Shown piece by piece: positions 1 to 14,524 of a stretch of 64,000 bases of DNA. The translations under genes were made by a program, and so were the position numbers. Within the stretch, counting starts at the first letter, position 1. Each line of letters opens with the position of its first letter. The notes under the pieces are model-generated. The model was not told the DNA's origin. It saw nothing but the letters and a program-made list of their open reading frames with translations, and searched no databases. Origin of the DNA: Proteromonas lacertae (taxonomy: Eukaryota); NCBI GenBank assembly GCA_002245135.1, contig NGBS01000885.1:62001-126000 (forward strand), written 5' to 3'.

Positions 1-229
1 GTCAAGTTCAGATGATGATAGTGATTCTGATAGTGATTCTGACGATGATAAACCTAAAAAGAAACCAGCTAAAAAAGTACCAGCAAAGAAAGCACCAGCA
101 AAGAAGGGAAAAGTGCAAGTATCTGATGATGATTCTGATTCTGAAGATGAAAAACCTAGAAAGAAGCCAGTGAAGAAAGCACCACCTCCAAAGAAAGCTC
201 CAGCTAAGAAAGGTAAAGTACAAGTATCA

Positions 230-263
<34 letters not shown>

Positions 264-1363
264 CAGAGGATGAGAAACCAAAGAAGAAACCAGTAAAGAA
301 ACCACCACCAAAGAAAGGTAAAGTGCAAGTATCAGATGATGATGATGATTCTGATTCTGAAGATGAAAAGCCTAGAAAGAAGCCAGTGAAGAAAGCACCA
401 CCTCCAAAGAAAGCTCCAGCTAAGAAAGGTAAAGTACAAGTATCTGATGATGATGATGATGATGAAGATTCAGATGAAGATGAAAAGCCTAAAAAGAAAG
501 GAGGTAAGAAAGCAGCACCACCTCCAAAGAAAGTAAAGAAACCAGTTGTATCAGATGATGAGGAAGAAGAAGAAGAGGAGGAGGAAGAGGAAGAAGAAGT
601 AAAACCAAAGAAGAAAGGAGGAAAGAAAGCACCACCAGCACCAGCAGCAGATGATGATTTTGGATCTTCTGATTTTGGTGATTCAGATTTCAGTGCTTCA
701 CCAACACATGAAGCTTTAGAATCAAATCAATCATTTGGTTTTGATTCTCCTGCAGCAGCAGCACCAGCAGCTCCAGCTCAAGATATGTTTGGTGGAGGTG
801 GTGATATGATGATGGGTGGAAATGATATGATGTTGGGTGGAGGAGGTGATATGTTTGGAGGAGGAGGTGGTATGCAATCAGCTCCAGCTGCTCCTAGTGT
901 TGATGATATGTTCGGATCTGCTCCATCTGCACCAACTGGTGGTATGGGCGGAGGTATGGATGATATGTTTGGTGGAGGTGGTAGTAGTAGTAAGCCAGCT
1001 AAATCAATGGACTTTGATATGGGAGGTTTAGTAGATTTAGGATCATTAAGTTTGAATTCTGATGAACCACCACCAAAACCAAAACAACAACAACAACAAC
1101 AACAGCAACAACAACAACAACAGATGATGCCAGGTATGATGGGTGGAATGCAAGGAATGAACCCAATGATGGGTGGTGGTATGATGGGAGGAGGCATGCC
1201 AGGTATGAATCCAATGATGGGAGGTGGTATGCCTGGAATGAATCCTATGATGGGACAAATGGGAGGTATGGGAAGAGGAATGCCAGGAATGAACCCGATG
1301 ATGGGACAGATGGGTGGAATGCCACAACAACAACAACAAATGGGTGGTGCTGGCTTTTTCTAA
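1..1363 (+). CDS. 3' part of a low-complexity protein with acidic/basic repeats, DFG/DMFG motifs and a Met/Gly/Gln-rich tail; possibly the C-terminus of an epsinR (CLINT1)-like adaptor
   Basis: The frame is open from the window start to TAA at 1361-1363. DDDFGSSDFGDSDF and repeated DMFG resemble adaptor-ear binding motifs, LVDLG resembles a clathrin box, and a Met-rich C-terminus is typical of epsinR. The N-terminal domain lies outside the window. Confidence 0.55.
95..560 (+). repeat. Intragenic tandem repeat, about 4-5 units encoding KKGKVQVSDDD..SEDEKP(R/K)KKPVKK(APPPKKAPA)
   Basis: Units starting near 113 and 323 are almost identical at the DNA level, with variable-length (GAT)n tracts. 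Confidence 0.85.
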
Positions 1364-1500
1364 ATTGTAGAAATATGTAATTACGATTTAATACTCCATA
1401 AAATTTATTGTGTAATATTATACAGCTTATATATATTTAAGTTTTATTATTTGTTTGTTGGAATGATTTAAACACTTTTTAATAATAATTAAGAATTAAA

Positions 1501-2184
1501 TTAAATATTTTTACCTACTTGAATTGTCCTGTTTATTTGACAAAGTAAATGTTTATTAGTCTGTATCATCATTTGAATTTTTGCATTTAACTGTTCAGCT
1601 TGATGAAAACAAGCTGATGATTCTTTTTTAAAATGTTCTTTTTCTTTCTATATAATATATTATATTTATATATTATACTGTTAATGCTTGATAATCTAAT
1701 CGAAGATGTTGCAGTTTTATTCTATTGTCATGTAAAAGAGATTTTTCTTTAGATAATTGGTTGTGAATGTTGTTTATATTTTTTTGTAAGAATAATACTC
1801 TTTTTGATTCCTATGACAACTTAATAGATGACTGAAATAAATACATCGGCTAAATCAGTTTTTACTTTTTCTTTCTCTTTTTCTATTGAATTTAGTTGTT
1901 CTTTCATTTCATCATATATTGATAAAATCGATAAATTATCTTTATGCCTAATATAATTTATTATTGAAGTGTATTATACAACACTTCTAATTTTGACCTG
2001 TAAGCTTCATTTCCTAAACGATATGCCTTTTCTTTATTTTTTAATTCTTGAATCAGATCTTGAAAATCTGATTTAAACTTCTTCTCAAGATCAAGATCCT
2101 ATAACTATTATGTTCTATTTATACAGCACTATATTCGTTGTATTTTGTTCCCATATGAATTATTTCCGCTTTATCGATGTTCAT
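1501..2184 (-). CDS. Small multi-exon coiled-coil protein of unknown function
   Basis: ATG at 2184 gives MNIDKAEIIHMGTKYNEYSA. Several 26-35 nt GT-AG introns join E/K/L-rich exons, ending ...QVGKNI*. Confidence 0.5.
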
Positions 2185-3041
2185 TAGTATTATTCAGAAT
2201 TTAAAATTTAAAAAATAACAAGCTTTTGTTTGAATTAACAAAAAACGACTTATGAAGAGATAATGCAACATACAATATGTCAGATTAACAATTAATGGAA
2301 GGGTATTACAAAAATGTTGAAACATAGAAATATCTAAAATTGAATATATAATTTCAATTTTACTGTTTCATAAAATTCTGAGCTAACAATTGTTATTCAA
2401 ACACATTTGCAATATTGATTTACAAAATTCAAGTCAAACATGTATAAAATAGAATTACATCGGAATAGAAAACTAATATCATCATGATACCAACCACTAC
2501 ATAATATACTCATTTTCTACTTATATTCTACATAACATAATAAATATAATAAATTTCAAATTAGCATCATTTTCATAAAATATACTCAGAATATCATAAA
2601 TATATGCTTTTTATAACAACACAATTACATTATAAAAATATATCATTCTATACATTCCAGTTGATAAACAGTACTGACAATAAAATAATTTGGTTTTTTA
2701 AGATTTTTATTAATTCAATGGTGTTATAAAATAATTATTTGTATTTGTACTAACAGAAACTTGAGGTATATATGATTGGTACAGCTAATAAGTAGTAGGA
2801 TTCATATATTTTATATATTTTCATGGCAGTATTTATATTGTATATGTTCTCTCAAGTGTACCTTTATTATTTATCGCTCAAATACCCTTCTTTATGGTAT
2901 AATAAAAACATCTATCAAGCAAAAAGATCTGGCTTGAGATCCAAAATTTAAGGGGGTCAGTTCTTAAAATCCAAATTAAATAGGGAATAAGTATATGATC
3001 CAGAAAAAGATAGATACTTATCTTTGAAGTATATTTTAAAG

Positions 3042-6000
3042 ATGATAGTCTGGGTTTTAAGTTTATTAATTGCATCAAGTATATATATTTGCCATAATTT
3101 ACTATACTGTAGGTATTGCTTCAGCCCCTCGTTGTGAAATTGATCGAGGTTACGTAGAGATGAACGTAGGTGAAACTATATCACTACGTTTCACATGTTC
3201 AATAGTTCCAACTCAGGTAGATGTATCACCTTTATTACCAGCTGGTATTAACAGAGATCTTAACGGTATTACTGGTAGTGCTCAAAGTCCATTGACTAAT
3301 ACTACTTATACTGTGTATTTCATTAATTCTGATGGATCTACATACAGACAATTCTCATTATTGGGTATAATTTAAACAATTATATTTTAAAAATAGTTTG
3401 GGGTACTGTTGGTGAATGTAGTTATGGTTTAGGAGATCGTAATCCAGTTGTAAGCTTTATGGTAGGTATGAGAAGTGCATTAAAACCACCAGAGTGTGAT
3501 GTTGATGTAAAATCATTCGAAATTACTAGATTACCAGCAGGATTATCAATTGATTCAAGAACTGGTGTAATATCTGGTGTTGCCACAGCAGTAGCTGCAG
3601 AAAAGACATATATTGTAAGTGCAACAAATCCTTCAATGAGAACACCATTAGATTTTGTAATTAGAATCAGAGTTATTGCAAAATTACAGGAAAATATGAA
3701 CAATGGTTTATTCTTACAATTTACAAAGGATAAAACAGCTTATGTTTGTCCATCAATAGCAGAATATCCATTAGAATGGAATAAATTCGATACAGAGTTT
3801 GAATATTTAACATCCAGAGTGAATGGATTTGGTGATTTAAAATCTGGAAAATGGTCACCAACTTCAGTTTCTAATTATTATTATACACGTTTAACTACTT
3901 TCTTAAGAGTACCATTGGCTGGTGTATATAACTTCACTGTAACTGGTGATGATTGTCTTGGTGTATTTATTGATGATTTTACTAAGCCAATATCAGTAGT
4001 TGAGAAAACTACTGATACTGTTAAATTTGGAATGACATTAACACCTGGTTTACATCAGTTAGGTATTTTACATGAGAATAAAGAAGGAAATGCAACTATT
4101 CAATTATATTGGAGAAATCAAGCATTAGGAATTAATAAAGATACATTGATTGCAAATGAATATCTATTTATTGCTGATGAACCAATTCAATTCTTCACAT
4201 ATTCATCTAATGATATTATATTACGTGTAGGTAGTTCAACAACCTATTATCCTCGTGTATCTGGTACAGTTTCTAAGTATTCAATATTACCAGAAAAATT
4301 ACCAGTTGGTTTAAGATTTGATACAGCTTCTGGTCAATTATCAGGAGCTCCAACAACAGCAATGAAAAGAACCAATTTCACTATTACAGCTGAGAATAAG
4401 ATGGGTAAAGTAGATTATACTTTATGGATTACTATTGCTGATATTAATATTGAATCAATGGCTCCAGGAATTGTTGCAACTTATATGAAATCATCAGTAA
4501 TATTAGGTTGTAGAAATGGTGTTGATCCAGATACAGTTAATTATTATACTCAAGGATTTGTTAAAGTAGCTGAGAATTGCAGTTATCCACCAATGGTAGG
4601 TATTAGACCAGGTTTGACTAAAGAATATTACACTAATTATGCTATTAGTTCAAAAGGTTATCTTAATATTCCAGCTGATGGTCAATATCAGATTTATGTA
4701 GAAGGTTATTATACTGCTGATTATCTTACTGTTGGTACTAAGTCTGTAAATAATTCTGATGCAGGTTGTGTAGCAACTCAACGTAATAATGTGAATGGTA
4801 AATTCCAAAAAGGACCAAATTACCTTTGGGTATTAGCTACTCGTAATGATATTAAAGAAACTAATAATTTACCATCTGGTGTAAGATTATATTGGGCTGG
4901 TGGTCCAACTAATATGGAAATTCAGGAAGTACCTAGTTCAGCATTCTATCATATACCAACTCGTTCATTCTATTATACTGAAGCTACAACTAGTTACACT
5001 TATAATGTAGAAATTACTCCAAATAAGCCAAGTTTATATATGGGTAGTTTAGATGGATATACATTCAAAACTAATCCATCATTACCATCAGGTTTATTTT
5101 TAGATCCTGAAACAGGTATTATTACAGGTACTCCAGCTGTTTCTCAATCATTAAGAACTGAATATACAATTACTGCTAAACCATCAAATTCAAGAGATTC
5201 TACTTACACAACTGTTGTATCTATTGAAATTAACTCTGCTGATCCTCCAACTGATTTTATTTATAGAGAAGGTAAATCAGATGGACAAGTTGTTACTTCT
5301 GTTGATGGTAGAATTGGTGTAGCTATTACTAAATTAGTTCCTACAATTACCTTAATTGGTGATATTGGTGCAAGATTTACTTGTGATCCTCCAGTTCCAT
5401 CTGGTTTATTATTGAATGAATCAACTGGTGAAGTTACTGGTACTCCAACTGAAACTGCTAAAGATTTAGTTGTGACATTCTATGCTACTCAAGTTGGTGC
5501 TCCAGTACAATATTCTATTACATTTAATATTCAAAGTTGTCAATTGGAAGATAAGAGTGAAGGTAAGTTACTTGAATGGTGGATTTACACCGAACAAACT
5601 CCAGTAAGTGCATCTGTTTATTTAAATAATGAATTAGTTATAAATTACCCAACTCCACCAGCTAATTCATATAGATCTGGTACTAAATGTGTTGCTACAA
5701 TGGATGAATTAAAAGTGGAAGTTAATTCAACTGCTAAATATGGTCCACAATATTATATTTTTGGTGAAGGTCGTGCTTTAATTGCTTATGATAAATTAGA
5801 TGATGGTGGTGATTCAAGATCAACAACTGTTAAAGGTGGTCCAACATCAGGTGGTGTTACATTCAGTTATAATAATGGAAATGAAATCAATATAATGAGT
5901 AATATGTATTTCAGAATGCCTCCAGTTATTAAGAATTTCCAACCTGTTGTTAGTTTCTCAATATCACCAACACCAGAAAATGGTGTAAGATTCAATACAA

Positions 6001-8210
6001 CCACTGGTTTAATTAATGGTATATTCAGTTCAGTTGGAACAAAGACATTTACAATCACAGCAACACCAAAATCAGGTTCATCTGGAACAACAACTGTTAC
6101 ATTCAAAATAGGCAATTGTCCATCTGATCATGCTTCATTCTATGTTTCTATATATGGTAGTATTAATGCTAATCAATTGAATATTAGATTAAGAAGACAA
6201 GATGATGATACTGGTAAATATTTATTGAATTATGAAGGTTTACCAAAATTCAAACAACAAAAATGGACATTCTGTGAACCAATTGGTACATTTGAATTAA
6301 CCACTGGTAAAAAACCTTGGACTGATGCTTCATATGTGTCTGTTGCATTATCACAAGGTTATGAATTAATTTACTTCAAACATACAACTAACGAATATTT
6401 CACTCAAACATTTACATTAAATAATGATGTATCACCTACTTCAGAATGGTCATATAAAGATAGTTATGAATCTGGTTGGAATACTCTTTCATATAATGAT
6501 GATAGTTGGAGTAAAGCTCAACCTGGTTCATTCCCAGGTAGATCAGGAACTACAAGATATTACAGAATTAAATTCAGTACAACAACTAAATTATCAAATA
6601 TTGCTATATTTGTATCTTCATTTACATATGATGCTGGTGTTATTGCTTATTTAAATGGTGTACAATTCTTAAAACGTAATTTACCTGCTCAAGTTGATTC
6701 AAATACAGTAGCTTCACAATTGTTAGCTGAAATTAAAGGACATAGAGCAAGTGGTCCAGTTAGTTTATTACAGGCAGAAAACGTATTAGCAATTGAAACA
6801 CATAAAGCTGAATCATCATTAGCAGATGATCCATTCTCTGGATTCTTAGAATTATTACCAGCAAGTGGAAGTGATGGATGTTTAGTAAGAACAACAAACA
6901 AAATGTCTACAGCTGCTCAATTACAAATAACAGATGCTGATTCTTCTCCACAACAATTGACTGATGGTGATGCATCTACACGTTACAGAGTTAAATTAAA
7001 TGAAGGTGAAAAAGGAACATGGGTTGATTTCTTGTTTGATGATGATGGTGCTGAATATTTCAATAGTTATTATGTAACAAGTTCAAATACTGTAAGAACA
7101 GAAGATCCATTATCTTGGGAAGTATATGGTACATCAGATAGTGGTAAGACATGGTCATTAATTCATACAGTTTCAAATAACTTCTTCAGTAGTAATAATC
7201 AATTAAAGAACTTCTATTTAGCAACTTCAACATATCAAAACTATGATGGTTATAGATGGAAAATCTTAAATCATGGATCACAAGATGAAACTGGTACTGG
7301 TTACTTTAGTGCAGCAGATTTCGTAGTTCGAACATGTAATTCAAAATATTGTCCAAGTTTAGATGATTGGGATGCTTGTCCAATGGGTCAAACTGTTACT
7401 CAAGCCTGTCCTCAATTTTATAAAGGTGAAAGACAGAGAACATGTTATGATATGGATGGTGAACCACAATGGGGTCCAGATCCAGGTATGGGTGCTTGTG
7501 AACAAAATGAACCAACTAGCTTCACATTAGAAAATAAACATGTAATTGCTTATGAAGGTTTTGCAGTTAAATCATATACTGCTATTTGTCAAGGAGCTGG
7601 TTTATTCTATGAAATCTATCCAGCTTCTAGTTTACCAAATGGTGTATTATTCAATACAAAGACAGGTGAATTAGCTGGTGTTCCAAGAGGAGGTGATAGA
7701 GATGTAAATAAAACTATTAATATAAACTGTGGAAATGATAAATCTGATTTAATTGAAACATTTACAATTATGTATGTAAGACCAACTTGTCCAGCAATCG
7801 CTGGTTATCCAGAAACAACTCAAGGTTTAATAGCTAAGAGAACATGCAGTAGTGGTGCTGGTTTTATATCTCGTAAATGTTCAGATGGTACTGAACCAGT
7901 ATGGAATCCAGAAGAAGATCATTGTGAAACAGTAACAAATATAGTGAAAGAAAATGATACTGCAATTATCGTAGTTTCTGTAATAGCATTGGTTGTTATT
8001 ACCATAGTGTTTTTCACTTGCTTCTACTTGAGATGCATTAAAGGAAGTCTTAATAAACAGAAACACGCTCGTGCTCTTGGTGGTCCAAAACATCATCGTC
8101 CTCAAACAACAATCCATGATGAAGGTAGTGCAGTTGATTCTAGTGGTGTAAGAGTAGATGGAGGTAATGGTGAAGTGAAAGATGTTGCAAATGATGGAGT
8201 AAGAGTTTAA
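3042..8210 (+). CDS. Large type I surface protein: signal peptide, multiple He_PIG (putative Ig) repeats, two PA14-like domains, jelly-roll/discoidin-like domains, Cys-rich modules and a C-terminal TM helix
   Basis: ATG at 3042 with introns 3079-3112 and 3365-3396 joins into the 1583-aa ORF. LPxGLx(I/F)DxxTGxISGxP repeats, PA14-like GVYNFTVTGDD...GLHQLGILHENKEG...LYW, and TM AIIVVSVIALVVITIVFFTCFYL are visible. Confidence 0.85.
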
Positions 8211-8400
8211 AAATATAATAATTATGAAAGAAATTATTTTACAAGTATTATATACAAATATTTTGTTTTGTTTTTATGGGGGAAAATGTTATTATTCAAT
8301 ATTGTAGATATAAGCTAGATTTATAGATAAAATGATTTTTTAAATATTTGGGTATTCGAAATATTTTCAAAAACCAATGTATAACCGTTTTTAAAAAACA

Positions 8401-10726
8401 ATGATATACTCAGATAAGTATGTAATTAATGTACATTTATATGGTTGCGAGTTAGAATTAGACAAAATAGATCTGATTAAAAGTCAATTTAGTTGCCGAA
8501 TCCGATATTTAAGTGAAGTTTTGCTCAGTGATGTTGTTCGATGTAGTAATGGTAGATGTTGTATATCTATTATTTTTTAGTAATTATTTATAAATAGTAT
8601 GGGATGATATATTCACTATTCCAATGAATGAAGCAAATTTTGAGACTTTTATTGAATTAGAGTTATTATTAAATAAATCAATGTCCACAAGTTCAGTTAT
8701 TGGTAGTACAAAGTTCCCTTTAGCTTCTATTAGTGAAGGTGATATATTTGACGATTTTATAGAGTTATTAAACAATGAAAATAGTTATATAGGTCGAATA
8801 AAGATAAAAATGGAAATAGAATCACCACTTAGTCTATACAACGAAATATCCAAAAACGATTCAATAATACCACCAGAATATATTGTATTATATATCGACA
8901 AAGGTGAACGAATAATAGAAAAGCAATTATTTGGAAATCAAGAAGTATTTATAACAATCAAATTTCACGATAATGAGTATGAAACAAGGGAAATGTTAAG
9001 TAATAACGTCACAAACCCAGAATGGAAGGCTCGATTCGTCTTAAACATTCCGTTGAACGCCTATAATTTTATTGATGATTTCATAATCTTCGAATTATCA
9101 ACATGCAATATTATTGGACCAACTACTTTAGGATCATTCAAGCTTCCTATCAAGCCTTATATTGATGGTTTATTATATAATGAAGAAATAATAATACGAA
9201 ATAAAGAAGGTAAAATGAATGGTAAAATATATATTCGATTACAATGTATGTATAAAAAAACAGGAAAAATCAATCAAATATACAGAGAAGGCAATAAACA
9301 TATAAAATGTAATAATTTATGTGATTTCTTAGGTGAGAGTTTAGAATATATAATCAATTGTAAAGATATATATTTAAGCCATAATAATAATAATGAAGAA
9401 GATAAAATGGATATCAGTGAATTAAGTAAAATAATTAGTGAGTTAGAGATTGATAAACCTAAAATTATTGAATATAGAGGTAATACTAAAGAATTATCAT
9501 TTAAAGAATTCTTATTATGGTTTACTCAACTATCTATTATAGTATATAAATATATAAATATATATAAATATTATTAATAGAATAATACAAAAATTCCATT
9601 ACTTAAACAACAACTTCCAACAGAAGTTAAATGTATTAACTGTCAAAATGTATAGATTATTATTTATTTATTAATAATAATTATATATATGTTAAAATAG
9701 ATGACAACTATCTCACCTGATTCTTTATCTCAACACTGCAACAACTGTAATTCAATCATTTACAATCCAATAATGATATTAAGTCAAACATATTTAGATA
9801 TATCTCTAGATCAAGGTTCTTTAATAACATGTCATAATCTATTAGATGAATGGTTTAAAACTATTGATACTTCTAACACTGGTTTTATGGATTCATTTGA
9901 TGGTATAAGATTATTTACAGCACTTAATTTCCAACATCCAAATCAATGTTGGAAAGAATTAATAAAACACAGTAAAGATGAAAATATGATAAATAAAAAG
10001 GAATGGATTAATTATATGTATAAAATATTACCAAAAGATGAAACATTATATTTTCCAAACGATGAAACAATGAGAACAATTCGTAGAGAAATAAATAAAT
10101 GCAAAAGACTGTTAGGAAGATGGAAATGTAATAATTGCAATAATTTGAACTATTACAGTGGATTTATATGTGGAAAATGTGATAATAGCAATATTCATAT
10201 CCCTCATAATGTTGGTATATCATTTGAAGGAAAACTAAATACAAATAAACCAGATGTTGGAGTTTTATGGATAAAAATAGTATTGAGATTAGATAATAAG
10301 ATGTATCATGGCGAATATCAATGTAGAACTATCAATGAGAATGAATTTACTACTCATTCTATTGGTGTGATAGGATATACGAATGAAAGCAATAATAATA
10401 TTTTATTGAAAATATATGATGGTGAAGAAAATGTGATTTTTATAAATGGAGTATTTGTTGGTAGTAATGGTTTTAAAATATGTTATAATGATTTGAATGA
10501 TTTGAGAGGTGATGGAACTTTACATTCTAATGAACGAGGTTTACCTGATAAGAATTACTCACTTGCTGGACATAAGTTAACAAGTTATACTAGCAATCGT
10601 AGTATCAATGATGATAATATGAATACGTCTCGTAATAGAAGAATGACTGTTGATGGAAGTGGTGTTAAGAGAGATGAATTTATGGGAAATAAGAACACAA
10701 GATCTGAATCTTGTATTTTTCAATAA
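8401..10726 (+). CDS. Protein with two C2 domains, degenerate EF-hands and a RanBP2-type zinc finger
   Basis: C2-like TNPEWKARF...LGSFKLPI; EF-hand-like DTSNTGFMD; WKCNNCNNLNYYSGFICGKC. Short introns near 8561, 9542 and 9650. Confidence 0.7.
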
Positions 10727-10847
10727 TATTTTAATTGAAATGTTTTATTATTGCTTGTTTTGGTTGCTTTTTATGCTAATTGAGAATGAATGATATTAAA
10801 AAACGGATATATTTTTCATACATTTTTAAAACTCAAAATCGTCTCAA

Positions 10848-13800
10848 ATGAAAGCTATAATGAAGATATACTCTCAAAATTTGAAGTATTTAATATTATT
10901 CACTTTTTGTTTATACTACTAGATAAAAGAAAGAGTAGAAAAGAGTGTTAAAGAAGTAGATTTGGTAGTTCAAAACAAAAATGGTGTTAGAATGGTTAAG
11001 ATACTTGATGTATCTGGGATAAAAAAAGAGAAGATATTGAAATTCTATGAGAACAACTCCTTATTGTCAGATTGTTGTTCATCCTTTATTTTATCTTCTA
11101 AAGCTATTCAGCTGAGTAATGGAAGTGAATATATGGTACTGGAGAGAGCTTATTATGTACAAGATTTGGAAGAGATAATTCGTAATAAATCCTTTTCAAG
11201 TGAAGATATCTGTAGTGTGATAAGTAAAATATGTGAGATATTGATGATATTAAGTGAATATGATATAGTAATAAGCAATGCGAAGAGTTCCAATATAATA
11301 TATGAAAAAGATGGTGATGAAATAAAGCTATGTGATTTATGTTTGAATGAATTGAGAAAAGAAGAAGAAATGAGATTAAATGATATGTGTTTTAAATCTC
11401 CAGAAGAATTGAATGGGTTAGAATGTGATGAAAGAAGTGTGATTTGGTCAATTGGATGTATATTATATGAAATGATAAACAAGAAATTACCATTTAATGA
11501 AGATGAGAATATGAATAAAACAATGAATAATATTCTGAGATGTAAATATAGATTAGATATAGAACGTGATGATATGATGAAAGAGATGATAGAAAGAATG
11601 TTGAAAGTGAGGAGAGAAGATAGAATGAATTTAAAAGAGTTGAGAAAAGAAATGATTAAAATTAGTGAAATATTAAAAGATAAAGAAGATAATATGATGA
11701 TATGTGAAGAAAGAAAAGAGACGTTATATAATAATGATTATGAAGCAATTATGACACTTCGAATAATATTTCCGTCAGAGTATTATGTTGAAAGTAAAAT
11801 ATGGGAAAAAATTCGAGATGTTTTTATTCAATTATATAATAATAAAGCTGATGAAAGACTACTGTCAATTCTATTGATGATGAAACATTACAAAAAAGAT
11901 TATTCCATAAAAGATAAGTTAAAATTTCAAGTTCTTCACCAATGTAAAGAAAAAGAAAAAGAATGTTATTTGGATAAGATGATATTCAATGCTGATGGTA
12001 TAAAAATAAGTTGCATTTGTTTATGTGAAGAAGGAATGAAATATTTCTTCAGAATATTGAAACTAATCAATTCAACAAGACTTATATTTGATAATTCTAA
12101 TTATTTAGATAAAGTTGATATTCCAATCCTACATCAACCATTATTTGGATCCTTATTTTCACAACTATCAAATCTTGAGGAATTATATTTATACAGCTGT
12201 AGTTTTACTCGTCATTTTATTAAATCATTTGTTAAATCAATTCCATTAATGATTAAATTGAAATTTGTAGATTTTCATTGTATTTATTATTATTATTTTA
12301 TTATATATTTTGAAATAGCAAATCCAATTGGTCCAGCAGGATTCAAATTATTACTTCCTTATTTGCATTTATTAATCAACAAAGATAATGAATTGGATGT
12401 TTCTGAAATGAATCTAAATAACGAATCAATGATATTATTATCAGAAGAATTATATAAATATCCAAATCTTGAGAAAATAGACGTTAGACAAAACAAGAAT
12501 ATTCATTATATTGGATTAAAAGCCTTATTCTCAAAGTTTCCTATTTCAAAGATTAAATTTGATTTTAATAAAAGTAAAGAATTATTAATTGATAAAGATA
12601 TTCCAGAATTATTCAAATACATCATATTTTTTAATCTTAATGAATCAGAAATTGATGATGATTTTTTCAAATCATTCATTTCGTTAAGATCAAATGAATT
12701 AATTAAAATAGCAAGTTTAGATTTGAGTTGTATATATTGATATTCTTCTATTATTTAGATAATAAACTAACATATAAAAGTATGAAGTTATTGGTTAACA
12801 ATTTATCTCTTTTTTCAAGATATGTTCGTTTTGCATTGCATGGAAATGAAATAGGAGATGAAGGAATGAAAATATTATCTCCTCATTCATATTTATTAAT
12901 AAATGATGAAGGTTGTTTTAATATAATAAACTGCTCAAGTATTTTATTAACTATTTTTAATGTATAATAGAAATGGGATTATCTTCAATTGGATTGAAAT
13001 ATTTATTAGATAGTCTTAATAATAAAGATAACAGTAATAACAATGATGAAGTAGAAGAAGAAGAAGAAGAAGAAGAAGAAGAAGAAGAAGAAGAAGAAGA
13101 TGATGATGATGATAGTGATGATGATGATGATGATGAGCAAGAAGATTACGATAGTTGTGATGAAGCAATCAGATTACTTAATATAAGTGATAATAATATA
13201 GATTCAGAAGGAATAGAATATTTGATGAATTATTTGAATGATAGTTATGGAACTAAGCAGTTATTTGTTTATAGTATATTTAATCTTTTTTTTTTAAATT
13301 GTTTATTGAATAGATAATCCAATTGGTAATAATGGATTTAAATTATTATCAAATAAATTGAAAATGTTAAAAGATGACGGTAATATAAATCTGAGTAATA
13401 CATCAATTGATGATGAAAGTGTAGTATTATTAACAAATACATTAGATTCAATTAGAGATTGCAAAGAAATAGATCTGAAAGGAAATAATATCAGAATGAA
13501 TGGATTAAAATCCTTATGTTCAAAATCATTAGAAAAAGAAGAATATCCATTTATAAAAATGAAAAATCCTTTATGGACAAATGAAGAAGTGGAATATTAT
13601 TTGGATTATTGTGTTAAGAAGAAAAGAGGCTTTTATGGTAATAGAAGATTTGATTTTTCGAGTATAATAATAAGAAAATTTCTAATGATATAGATATGAA
13701 TATTAATGATTCTTACATTACATCAATAAAACAGATTGATTATTGGAGAGTTGATTTATCTAGAAACAATATCAGTTATAAAGGGTTAAGAGAATTGGAT

Positions 13801-14266
13801 CATACTTTATTGAAGCAATATTGTCCATATATTTCAATACATAATAATCCAGTTGGAGATGAAGGAATAGAGATAATATGTGAGTATTTGAATGGCTTTG
13901 TTGAAGAATATCCAACATCATTAAATATCTCAAGTATTTTACTTTATAATTATAATCTTTATAGATATTGGAATGAGTGAAAAAGGATTAAAGATGTTGA
14001 TAGAAAGATTAAGAGATTATAAACCATTGAGAAAGATAGATTTATCAGGAAATGAATTAGATGAAAGTGAGTTGAGATTAATGAAAGAAAACAAAGAAGT
14101 GTTTGATTGTGTAGATGAATTATCAATAACAGTAAAAGATAATATAGATAAATCAGAGTTATTTTCTTTTTTAGAAACATTTACATCAATTGGAGCAATC
14201 AAATTAAATGGAATATCAGAAGAAGAAAAGAGAGAATTATCAAAAGAATTCTTCAATATAGCATGA
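10848..14266 (+). CDS. Pseudokinase-LRR fusion protein, copy 1 (start codon uncertain)
   Basis: Kinase fold with degenerate motifs (ISNAKSSN for HRDLKxxN, DLC for DFG, SPE, VIWSIGCILYEM). This is followed by RNI-like LRRs (NEIGDEGMKIL, NNIDSEGIEYL) split by short introns. Confidence 0.85.
13021..13155 (+). repeat. Coding (GAA)n/(GAT)n microsatellite giving a poly-Glu/Asp insert in an LRR loop
   Basis: Directly visible; absent at the homologous position of copy 2 (GLKNVNEMFILDIS). Confidence 0.9.
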
Positions 14267-14524
14267 TTGATTATATCCATTCTATTATTGATGTATTGTA
14301 TTGTGATTAATTTTATAAAACAAAAAGGCTTGACTTGAATAATTATATTGTAATTATAGTGTGTACATATAACATTGTTGATAATATATATCTATATCAT
14401 CGTTCTAACATTTTTAAAATAATGAATCGAAAATTCTGCACCTCATTTTGTCAAATCAAGTCAAAAAAAGAAAAATTAAATAAACAACTAAATCTATAAA
14501 TAATAGGTTCTGTACATCATATCC

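Noticed and set aside
95..560. Repeat array as a possible CRISPR
   Set aside because: The units are in-frame coding repeats without unique spacers, in a eukaryotic context with no cas genes.
8..1339. Antisense and alternative-frame ORFs with poly-Cys, poly-Val or poly-Leu
   Set aside because: They are shadows of the (CAA)n/(GAT)n low-complexity coding strand.
2200..3030. Longer intergenic stretch (also 41050-41340 and 46130-46830) as a possible ncRNA locus
   Set aside because: No tRNA cloverleaf, snRNA or snoRNA hallmark could be supported by eye; an Infernal/Rfam search would be needed.
12728..14266. Chains of short adjacent ORFs read as separate genes or as stop-codon reassignment
   Set aside because: They are joined by about 30-nt GT-AG introns; long exons use the standard code.
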